The notes under the pieces are model-generated. The model saw only the letters and a program-made list of their open reading frames with translations, searched no databases and was not told the origin of the DNA. From Octopus sinensis (taxonomy: Eukaryota), in assembly GCF_006345805.1 (NCBI RefSeq), contig NC_043000.1, forward strand, positions 154,194,001-154,258,000: a DNA stretch of 64,000 nucleotides. Reading direction: 5' to 3'. Position 1 is the first letter of the stretch; the number at the start of each line of letters is the position of its first letter. The position numbers were made by a program, and so were the translations under genes. Below are positions 12,801 through 24,800 of the stretch, piece by piece.

Positions 12801-15800
12801 TGGCCTCTGTGCCGGTGGCACGTAAAAAGCAACAACTGATCATGGCCGTTTGCCAGCCTCATCTGGCACCTGTGCCGGTGGCACATAAAAAGCACCCACT
12901 ACACTCAAGAAGTGGTTGGTGTTATAGGAAGGGCATCCAGCTGTAGAAACACTGCCAGATCAGACTGGGCCTGGTGCAGCCTCCTGGCTTCCCAGACCCC
13001 AGTTGAACCGTCCAACCCATGCTAGCATGGAGAGCGGACGTTAAACGATGATGATGATGAGACAAATCACTTTTACTTGTTTATCAGTTATTCTTTTCAA
13101 ATTGATTTTCAAATTAAGTTTCTTTTTATTTTCATTAATTACATGAAGGAAGAGGGGCAGTTTTGTGAGGTCACTGCAGTAGATGTGTAGTTTGAACTTC
13201 TTTAGTTTAATGCCAGTTGGAAAGCAAGTAAGAGGACTAAACAAAGAGAGTAATGATTGGCTAATGAGTTAAGTGCAGGGTTTTGGATGAGAGATACAGC
13301 AAGGATGGCAAACAGTTGCTACACTGGATGAGCTAGGAGTAGGGAATGCAGGATATGCAGGATATGCAGGAGTAGGGAATATTTTAGTGGCATCAGGAAT
13401 AGAGATGAGAAAACATGCATCTTTGAGCTAATATTTGTAGTAGATTAGCAATTGTATAAGTGAACCAGTTTAAAAGTAGAGATATCTGATATACCCACTA
13501 CACTCCCGAAGTGGTTGGCGCTAGGAAGGGCATCCAGCTGTAGAAACACTGCCAGATCAGATTGGAGCCTGGTGCAGCCATCTGGTTCGCCAGGCCTCAG
13601 TCAAATCGTCCAACCCATGCTAGCATGGAAAGCGGACGTTAAACGATGATGATGATGATGATGGGGGTTACACTGTGAATGTTAGGTCTTTCATGTAGGC
13701 TAAGGCATGAAGATGATTGTTTCTTTAGCTTTTAGTACAAAATACAAATCGTTTATTGAATAAAGCCTCCAGTAGAATGGTGTGCTTGTCTCGAAATGAG
13801 CTCACTTTTTCAGCTGGTTCATGTGGTACAAAGTAGGATACAATCCAGGTGATCTCACTTTATAGGATAATACTTCGAGACTGAAACAGACAGCACGCAC
13901 AGGATCTTTGTACAAGATATTCTCTACCTCTGATAACTTAGCTGCATGTGTGGATTAAACAATTCTCATTGTTTTTATCTCTTTCATATGGCTGTTTAGC
14001 TTCATTGCAAAAGCTGAAAAAGAGAGCTTAAGCACTCTATCGCATACCCTGACAACCTCTATGACCTTGTCCACCCATTTCTCTGCAAGGAGTATGCCTA
14101 CACACCCTATTCCATCCATGTTACCTTGCCAGAAGATTTTATACCTATGTGCCTTGCTTGTGAGGACCCTAGCTGAAGCTCCTCTCCTTCTTACCTCTTG
14201 TATGCAGCATACATCGACACGTCTCCTTTCAAGTATCTCTACAATCTCACTTGACCTACCCTTCAGTGTGCCTACATTGACAGTGCCAACTCTGAAAACT
14301 GGGAAAGGAATGTGGGGTGAGGCTTGGGGAGGAGAAGAGATGTTATTCAACGCCTGAAAAGAAGAGGAAGGTTGTCATGTTTGTTTTTTTTTTTGGCATA
14401 CTTCACCTGTTCTCACTTCTGACCTGACATCATTCAAATATTCAAGCATGTTAAGATTGTTATCCCTACTGGAGGTAGGAGTAGGTGTTAGTGGTGTTGT
14501 AAGTATAAGCATTATGGTCAAGAAAAAAAAAACAAATTTAAGCGGTGTTGCAAATATGGATATTCCAATGTTAGATTAAGTAGGGAGTTAGCTCAACTGG
14601 TTGCATTTGTCCAGGGAGGGGGGATTGAAGACCAGCGATGGGGGGGGGGGGTTCAGACAGAGAAAGAGAGGAAACAAGCTCATACATACACACATGCATG
14701 CATGCACACACACACACACAGAGAGGAACAAGCACACACGTACAGCCCATTAGCTTTCTCCTTCACTTGATATGTGCATGGAAAATTATTGGGTAGTTGT
14801 TGGCATATTTCTAAACGAAATGAAAGATAGTTGGTTAAGTAGGTGGGCAGTTAACCTAGTTGCATTTGTCCCAGGAGAGAGAGAGAAAGAGTGTGCATGC
14901 AGGTAATATAGAGAACAGCACCAGCGAGCAGGTGGGAATGAGAGAGGAGACAGAACGAAATGAAACGAAAGATAGCCGGTTAAGTAGGTGGGCAGCTGTG
15001 CAAGTTGCATTTGACCCAGGAGAGAGACAGAAAGAGTGGATGTAATATATAGAGAACAACCCAGTGAGGAGGAGAGGTTGAGAGAAGAGACATCGGGTAA
15101 TGGTGGTGGGAGGAGGGAGAGATATCCGGTGTAGATGGTGAGAAGATAAAGATAGCCGGTATTGGTGGTGGGGGCAGGAGAGGCGGGCGCTCTGCAAACG
15201 AAGTTTAATTTGGGGAGATGGTTCAAGGAACGAAAGTAGTAGTAGTAGTATTAGTAGTAATAATAATAATAATATACATTCAGAGTGTTCATGGCGGATG
15301 AGAAATTAAACAAAAGAATTGAGAAACTAAACAAGCCAAGAGGCAAGTAATTATAACGAAATTACTTGAGAAATGAAGAAGTTATATATTGAGGGGTCAG
15401 TTTAAATGGTTAGCTTCTGAAAACTAGCTGTTAGTAAACAATACATTTAAAGTGTTAATGGCAAATGAATGTATGAAAGATTGCAAAAAACGAGAGAATC
15501 TTAACTTAGCAATACATCTTCAACATTTGGCTACTGGGCAAGAATATGTAGAAGGAGATGCGTGGAAGAGAGCCGAACAGATTGGAATGGAAGGGAGCAC
15601 ATGGGACAAGGATTTTTAAATAGATAAGCTGCAACTGGAAGCAAGTTTAATTTGAGGAGATGATACAAGGAACGAAAGTAGTAGTAGCAGTAATAATTCT
15701 TTTCTACTATAGGCACAAGGCCTGAAATTTTGGGGAAGGAAGCCAGTCGATTAGATCGACCCCAGTACGTAACTGGTACTTAATTTATCAACCCCAAAAG

Positions 15801-18800
15801 GATGAAAGGCAAAGTCGACCTCGGCAGAATTTGAGCTCAGAACGTAACGGTAGACGAAATACCGCTAAGCATTTTGCCCAGCGTGCTAACGTTTCTGCCA
15901 GCTCACTGCATAATAGCAGTAATAATAATATGCATTCAGAGTGTTCATGGTGGATGAGAACTTAAACTAAAGAAACAAGAAATTAAACAAGCCAAGAGGC
16001 AAGTAATTACCTTAACAAAATTACATGAGAGATAAAGACTGCTATTTCTAGAATGACAGGCATCCACATAGATGCCCCATTGTTAGCTCATCTTTATATA
16101 TAAAAGTAATGTTGTGTGTGTCTCCTACGATTTAGATTCCTAACTACTCCCACATTTTGCGGTGCAGTTTAACCAAAACCGGGTATCTTATAGTTGTGAT
16201 TCATATCGAGCCCTTCTGGGTATTAGCGCGCGTCTACGATGAGTCTACGATTTAAAAAAAAATTTACCATCATTTTTTTCCATTTTAATGCATTTTTTTC
16301 GCTATTATATAAAGGAAGTAACTCTCTAAAAATGTCTACGATGAGTCAACGATTTAAAAAAAATTTACCATAATTTTTTTTTCCATTTTTAATGCATTTT
16401 TTTGCTATTTTTTGGCTATAACTCTCTAAAAATGCTTATATAGTTATTTCCCTTACAAACCCGAGCAACGCCGGGCGATGCTGCTAGTAATAGATAAAAA
16501 CAGAAAAAACTTTAAAAAAAATCTGTACATGTCATAGAACACCTGACAGATAATTCATTATTTCTCTGTACACTTTTGCCATTTGTTTCTCTTCTCTGCC
16601 AGGCTATAATCCAAGCAGCAGCTATAGCAGTGGACTACAGGCAGCAGTTCCACAGGGACGTAATTATTGATTTAGTGTGTTTCCGTCGCTGGGGCCACAA
16701 TGAACTTGATGACCCAATGTTTACCCAGCCTATCATGTACAAAGCAGTAGAAAGTCGTATGAGTATACCTGATACATATGCTCAGCAACTTACGGTAAAA
16801 TACATTAAACTCTTCCTTAGCATGTTTAATTTTGTTCTGACTCATGTGTAAATATTATTTACTCCAAAGTAATTATTGCAGCTTCTTGAAATTATTTTTT
16901 TTATACTCTTTACTCTTTTACTTGTTTCAGTCATTTGACTGCGGCCATGCTGGAGCACCGCCTTTTAGTCGAACAAATCGACCCCGGGACTTATTCTTTT
17001 GTAAACCCAGTACTTATTCTATCGGTCTCTTTTTGCCGAACCGCTAAGTGACAGGGACGTAAACACACCAGCATCGGTTGTCAAGCAATGCTAGGGAGAC
17101 AAACTCAGACACACATACATATATATATATACATATATACGACAGGCTCCTTTCAGTTTCCGTCTACCAAATCCACTCACAAGTCATTGGTCGGCCCAGG
17201 GCTATAGCAGAAGACACTTCCCCAAGATGCCACGCAGTGGGACTGAACCCGGAACCATGTGGCTGGTTAGCAAGCTACGTACCACACAGCCACTCCTCTT
17301 TTTGTCTGAAAGATTTATATTTCTAGTTTAAATAAATATATATTCTTTGTAACTTGTGAAAGATTCATTTTTTCGGAGGAGGCAGGGTGTAAGCAACTGA
17401 ATTAAATCTGATATTTTGCTGTTATTTTTGCTATTAACTTTTGTGGGATTTGAACTCAGAATGAACAAAGATAAAATTACATATTATAAAGTATTTAGTT
17501 CACTGGTCTGTTACAAATATATAATCTTTCTTGTAACATATATTTTTAGAAAGCTAACATGGAAATATGGTACTTTAAATAAATTCTATAAAAGATGGCA
17601 CGTAAAAAGCACCATCCGTCCGCTTCCGTTTGCCAGCTCCGTCTGGCACCTGTGCGGGTGGCACGTAAAAAGCACCCACTACACTCACAGAGTGGTTGGT
17701 GTTAGGAAGGGCATTCAGCTGTAGAAACACTGCCAGATCAGACTGGGCCTGATGCAGTCTTCTGGCTTCACAGACCCCAGTTGAACCGTCCAACCCATGC
17801 TAGCATGGAAAGCGGACGCTAAATGATGATGATGATGATAAAATCATTGAACAAAAATTAAATATACAACATACTGTATATGCGAGATAGTCTATATACT
17901 GGATAGGAGGCAACATGCCTTCTTGTCGAGAAGGTGTTAAAGGATTTATTTGATCCAGGGTTCACTTGTTGCTTAGGAGTTTAAGCTAGATGAAAAAGAA
18001 ATAAAACACTTTTCAAAGAAATTGCCAGAGGCTGCAGAGAAAGCAACTTAAGACATTTGGCTCAAGAAAAGATGAGTGATGTTTTTGGAACAGTGAGAAA
18101 CTTCTACTTAAAAAGATCAAATGTTGAAGCCGACACAAATGTCTGGCTGAGTCACAACATTTGACTTAGCCAATTTTGTGCTACTCTGCAGGAGTTTTGT
18201 CACTTGGCCTTGGGTAAATCTGGTGATGCAGTGTAAGGGGTCAGAACATCTACAAAGATCTTCACCAGGGTAGTCAGCATTTGGTCGAGGACCCCTTATT
18301 TTCATACTCACTGCTAACCTCTATATCTAGATGTTCTATCCTAATCCTATACTGGATCAAGATAGTAAGGACAGTGGATTAGCAAAATCATTTGAGCATC
18401 AGGCAAAATACCTAGTGGTATTTATTTACATCCTTTTATATTTTAAGTTCAAATCTTTCAGAGTCCAACTTCATTATTCTTCTGATGGGCATGCATCAGT
18501 AAAATAAAGTATCAAGGCCGATATAATCAGCTTTATCCACCCAACAAAGTTGAGGCCTTGTGCTTGTGTAAGAAATTGCTATATATGGAATAGTGAAAAG
18601 TTGCATGATGGGAAAATTTAATGGCAATAATAGAACAACGTTTAGTTGAGTAAATACACTGAGGTTTCATTGCTGTTTTTTACAAATGTCATATTATAAC
18701 TATTATGTATATTTTTATTTAATCAGCAACAAGATCTGTGCTCTGAGTCTGAACTGAAATCCTGTGTTCAAGAATGGAATAATGTCCTGGTTGAAAACTT

Positions 18801-21800
18801 CAGTAAAATAGATAGCTACACACCTGAGGTAAACATAGGCTTCTTTTTGGTTATAAACTGAGTTAAAGTTGTTGCATTATATATCGATTAAAATGTTGTT
18901 TGTGTGGGCAATTGCCAGTTTTCTTCAGAAACTTTACCTGGCCCTGCAAATACAGATGCAGGTAAAAGGTCAATCTCAACTGACAGAGACCTGAATGTTG
19001 CTGGTAGCCCCAATTTAGCTCTGATTAATTAGATCCATAATCAAAAGCATTCTTTTTAAACGGCATCCAAAATTACATTATGTATTGGAATGGTTCTCAA
19101 TCTTTCTGACTTTGCAATGTGCTGGAGGCGAAAGAAAATATTGCTTCCATTGGCACGTAAAAAGCACCATCTGAATGTGGCTGATGCCAGCACTGCTTTG
19201 ACTGGCTTCTGTGCCGGTGGCATGTAAAAAGCACCCACTACACTCACAGAGTGGTTGGAATTAGGAAGGGCATCCAGTTGTAGAAACACTGCCAGATCAG
19301 ACTGGAGTCTGGTGCAGCCTCCTGGCTTCCCAGACCCCGGTCGAACTGTCCAACCCGTGCTAGCACAGAAAACAGATATTAGACGATGATGATGATGATG
19401 ACACCATACATGGAAGCTTTAAAAAATGCTTTAAAGTTGAAAAAAATTCTTCTAGAAAAACTATTTACTACCTTGTTTTATTAATCATACTTGTGTATTA
19501 GGCATCTTTCAAGACCCCGAAGCATTAGTATGGGCTTTCTAAAACCTTAAATTATATATTTAAAATACCATGTGACCTTTTCCATTTTAATATGCTAACA
19601 GAGGTGTGATTTGATGTGAATTTTACTGCTATTTCTAGCAGATTAAATAGCACTTAGGAGCTCAGACTGAATTATAAGGTTTTTTGCCATCAGTTTTGGA
19701 AAAATGAGTTGGTTACGGTCTGTTAGGTGTGTGGAGGAGCATTTGACAATGAAAACACTGAGAAAACCTTAAGGTTTTAAAAATATCCATCTGTGTTTGA
19801 TGGGGAGGATATTTTGATTGGTTTGAGAATAAGAGATATACACCTATTGCAGAACAATTGGCAGTGTTTGCTAGATTTAAATTTTAGAAACACTTGAATC
19901 TGCAGAAGAACAAACAATTAGAAAGAAGCAAGAGATTGTATTATCCATTGTGTCCTTTCTTTGAAGAAGCTAAGATATTTTCTGAGAGGAATTTGCTTGC
20001 TATTCTGGCAGGTTAAGCAACTATAGACTGGCTTCTTTGTTGGCCAGCTATATGCATTTTAAAGAAGTAAAGAACTTAATTTTAAGTAAGGCTAAATTCT
20101 GCCAACTTTAACAAATACATCTTGCCTAGAAGAGCAGTAACCTTAAATATGAGAGACATCCAGATGTAAAATTATCACCACCACCACCAATCATGAAAAA
20201 ACTCAAATAACAATAGAAATTGGTAGAGTTCTCTTTAGTGTATGCATCAAGTGAGGATACCGTAAAATCCTCGAGTATAGCCCACTCTTGAGTATAATAA
20301 GCAGGGGATTTTTAGGGGGCTGTTCCTCTGAAAAACTTAAACCTTGTGTATCATATGCACCCCTTCTCTGACTTGAGTCAAGGAGGTCTATATAACGTCC
20401 TTGGTTTGTAAAAATGTATACGGTAACATCCTTTATTATTATTGTATATATAATAACATAATGCAAACGTGTAGCTTTTTTATGCATTTTGTTTGCAGAA
20501 AATAAAGAAATAACAGTAATAACGTTTAATAAATGTTGCTTACTGCAAGTTATGGATGATTCTTTTATGACTTCATTGCTTTCAGGCTTAGCTTAAGGTG
20601 TTTTCGTGCCTGACATCACAAAGCGTGTCTGAATAAACATTGCCGGTCAACAAATAGAGACTTGGACATTGCTTAGAAAGTATTTTCCATTTTTAACCTC
20701 GTATCTAGTACGCACAAGAGATTTTGACCTTTTAATTTTGGGAAAAAAATGTAGATTATACCCGAGGATTTACGGTAAATAAATGTAAAATATTAATGAT
20801 GATGGTGACTATCTGAGCAATACCAAGTATTATTATTTCAGACAATTATAAAACAAATTTGCTCTACAAGATGTATGGCCTATTTTTGAAATCTGAATTA
20901 CTCAATATGGCAAAATGCATGCAAAACAGGAAAATGTAAATTGAAATAGGACAAAAAAATGTGAAAAACTTGATAAGGAAGCTAGAAAATGTAACAAAAC
21001 TTAAGAAATTAGTTCATCGATGATCTAATTGCCAGATTAAGTTTTGATAAATTCTTTGCATGATTCTTCACTAATGCTTCCAATTCTTTACTCTCAAATA
21101 CAGCAATTCCACCTGCTGAAACAATGGGATGGTTATGCTCAAGCTTCTGACAACATTACTTCCTGGGATACTGGAGTTGATGTAGATGTACTGAAATTCA
21201 TTGGCGGCAAGTCTGTGACTGTTCCTGAGACAACAGTAAGTGACCACGTATTTATTTTCAGCATACTTTTTTACTCACTGATTCATTATTTATTCATTAG
21301 TCTCTAAAGAAGGAGGAAGAGCATGACTGAAGCCAGTGGAATACTATACTCTCTCTTTACTCTTTTACTTGTTTCAGTCATTTGACTGCGGCCATGCTGG
21401 AGCACCGCCTTTAGTCGAGCAAATCGACCCCGGGACTTATTCTTTGTAAGCCCAGTACTTATTCTATCAGTCTCTTTTGCCGAACCGCTAAGTAACGGGG
21501 ACAAACACAGATACACAAACACACACATATATATATATATATATACATATATTATATGACAGGCTTCTTTCAGTTTCCGTCTACCAAATCCACTCACAAG
21601 GCATTGGTCGGCCCGGGGCTATAGCAGAAGACACTTGCCCAAGATGCCACACAGTGGGACTGAACCCGGAACCATGTGGTTGGTTAGCAAGCTACTTACC
21701 ACACAGCCACTCCTGCACCTTCACTATGTGAAGGAGACTAACCTCATTAATATTAATTTTGAATTGAAGATGATTTGTGTGAGAGAGAGGAATGAGGTAG

Positions 21801-24800
21801 TGACAATACAAATGGAAGGAGATAGTTCTAGAGTGATGCAGTTTTGGAAAGGGTTCTATTGAAAAACATGTGCTCAGTATAGGGCCTTGGAAGTGAGATG
21901 AGGCACAGTGGGAGAAAAGAAAGGAAAATTAAGTTAGAGGGGTTTGACAGTTTGGCATGTGTTTCTTTAATACCCACTTCAATCTAGTTTCCTTTTTACC
22001 ATAACTTAATATTTAGCACATGTGGTAACCATGTATCTCCTCTACTGCAAGACACTTTTTTTTTTTTTTATCCTTCTATCATTCTGTAACCTCTCATCAC
22101 CTGGCACAAAACCACCTTCCTCAATACTATTCCCTGCTCAGTTGAGGTATATTTGTCTTGCAAGTTAATTAATGACCTTGATGGTGCTAATGTTATGTAA
22201 GAGCACCAAGTACACTCTGTAAAGTGGTTGGCATTAAGAAGGGCATCCAAGCATAGAAACCAAACCAAAGCAGACAGTAGAGCTTGGTGCAGTCTTCTGG
22301 CATGCCAACTCCTGTCCAACCCATGCCAGCATGGAAAGCAGACATTTACTGATGAGGATTATGTTACTCATTTAAGATGCATTAATAAAAGAAGCCAACG
22401 ATTTGTATCTCATCAGGAACAAATACATTTCATAAATTAGTCAATGGCTGAAGCCAGTGTCCATGACTTTTTGCACCCACTACACTCACGGAATGGTTGG
22501 CGTTAGGAAGGGTATCCAGCCATAAAAACATTGCCAGATCAGACTGGGCCTGGTGCAGCCTTCTGGCTTCCCAGACCCCAGTTGAATCGTCCAACCCATG
22601 CCAGCATGGAAAGCGGACGCTAAACGATGGCGATGATGATGTCCAGTTGGGACATCTGAAGGAAATAAGTGAGCCTGAGGTAAATTAGGGGTCTGGTCTC
22701 TCTTAATGATGAGATTGATGGAGATTGGCATTTTACTTGAATATTCATTGAATTTATGGTTGTAAGAAAATGTGAGATTGGAATTGAGATAGGGTGAAGT
22801 ATTTAGTGTGGATGCTTGTGAGATGAGTCACGGTTGGGAGATGGGATATGAAAGGAGGCAAAACAAGTATGATGAGTAGTCTTGTAGGAAAGGAGAATGC
22901 AAATGGCTAGTTCAGAGAAGCAGAAGCCAGTCTATTAGTAATCAGAAGCAGCATGTTTGAGATAGAAGTTGAAACCTGTTGATGACTGAATATATGCCAC
23001 ACAGGTGAATAATTTTGTTTTGTATCTCACATTATCACATCTGCTCCTCTGAACTATTAAATTTCATACTCTCTCCATCCAAGCCCACTTGACATTCATG
23101 TAAGGCAAAGCCGAGGTCGACTTTGCCTTTCATCCTTTCGGGGGTCGATAAATTAAGTACCAGTTATGCACTGGGGTCGATGTAATCGACCTAATACCTA
23201 TGTCTGTCCATGTTTGTTCCCTCTATGTTTAGCCCCTTGTGGGTAATAAAGAAATAGGTATATTTACTACATCAATACCTATATCTTATCTTTCAGACTG
23301 TCCACCCGACTATTCAAAAGACACATATTGATCGCCGTAGAAAGCAAATTGAAGCTGGAACAGACTTGGACTGGGCAACTGCTGAATCTTTGGCCATTGG
23401 TTCACTTCTCTACCAAGGTATTCAAAATTCTATTTTATTTCATAATTTTCAGAGATCACATTATAATCAGGACATAGCTGGATATTCTAATGTTTTTAGC
23501 TAAGAACAGAGAAATATACTAGGGTAATAGATTAGGGTAATATACTAGTGTAATAGAGAAATATACTAGGGTAATAGACTAGGGTAATAGAGTAGGGTAA
23601 TATACTAGTGTAATAGAGAAATATACTAGGGTAATAGACTAGGGTAATATACTAGTGTAATAGAGAAATATACTAGGGTAATCTTAAAAGATAACTTTAA
23701 CTAATTTGAGGCTACACAAAATTACCTTCATACAACTTTTCACTGATCTTAAAATAAGAACTGCATGCAAAACTGTTTACAGTTTTTGACATGGTGCCCT
23801 CAACAGATACAGAATGCTCACTGTTGAAATGCTAAATGACATTCAGCCCAAACAAGAATTCTGGCAGCCAAAGTAAGGCCAATATATAGAATGGAACTAA
23901 AATTTCTGAGAGTACACTTGCAAAGTATACAGGAATCGTCGTCGTCGTTTAACGTCCTTTTTCCATGCTGGCATGGGTTGGACAATTTGACTGAGGGCTG
24001 GCAAGCCAGAAGGCTGCACCGGGATCCAATCTGATCTGGCAAAGTTTCTACAGCTGGATGCCCTTCCTAACGCCAACCACTCTGAGAGTGTAATGGGTAC
24101 TTTTTACATGCCACCGGCATAGGAGCCAGTCAGGTGGCACTGGCAATGACCACACTCGAATGATGTTTCTTAGGTGCCACTGGCATGAGGTCAGTCAGCC
24201 GGCACTGGCATCGACCATGCACGAATAGTGCTTTTTATGTACTACCAGCACAGGAGCCAGTCAGGCGGCACTGGCAATGATCATGCTCGAATGGTGCTTT
24301 TTACGTGCCACGGGCACGGGACCAGTCAGGCAGCACTGGCATTGACTACACTCGAATGGTGCTTTTTATGTGCTACCGGCTTGAGTGCCAATCAGGCGGT
24401 ACTGTCATTGGCCATAACAATGACTTCACTTGACTCAGCAGGTCTTCTCAGCAGTTTATTGTCCAATGATTGAAGGGTACTCTTAAATGAGCTGGTTATG
24501 TTGCACTGACATAGGCCACGGTTACGGTCTCACTTGGCTTGCCAGGTCTTCTCAAGCACAGCATATCTCCAAAGGTCTCGATCACTCGTCATTGCCTCCA
24601 TGATGCCCAAGATTAGAAGGTCATGCTTCACCACCTCATCCCAGGTCTTCCTGGGTCTACCTCTTCAGTAGGTTCCCTTTACTGTGACACTTTTTTGTAC
24701 AGTTGTCCTCATCCATATGCAATACATGACCATACCAGCACAGTCATCTCTCTTGCACACTACATCTGATGCTTCTTCTGTCCAACTTTTCTTTCAGGGT

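Noticed and set aside
12780-13060. Regularly repeated 40-65 bp units resembling a CRISPR array (also 24095-24400, 26730-27070)
   Set aside because: The units are degenerate tandem repeats without unique spacers, sit in an RTE 3' UTR, and there are no cas genes in this eukaryotic context.
14786-15226. 146-aa and 113-aa - strand ORFs
   Set aside because: Low-complexity CT-rich tandem sequence with no recognisable domain.
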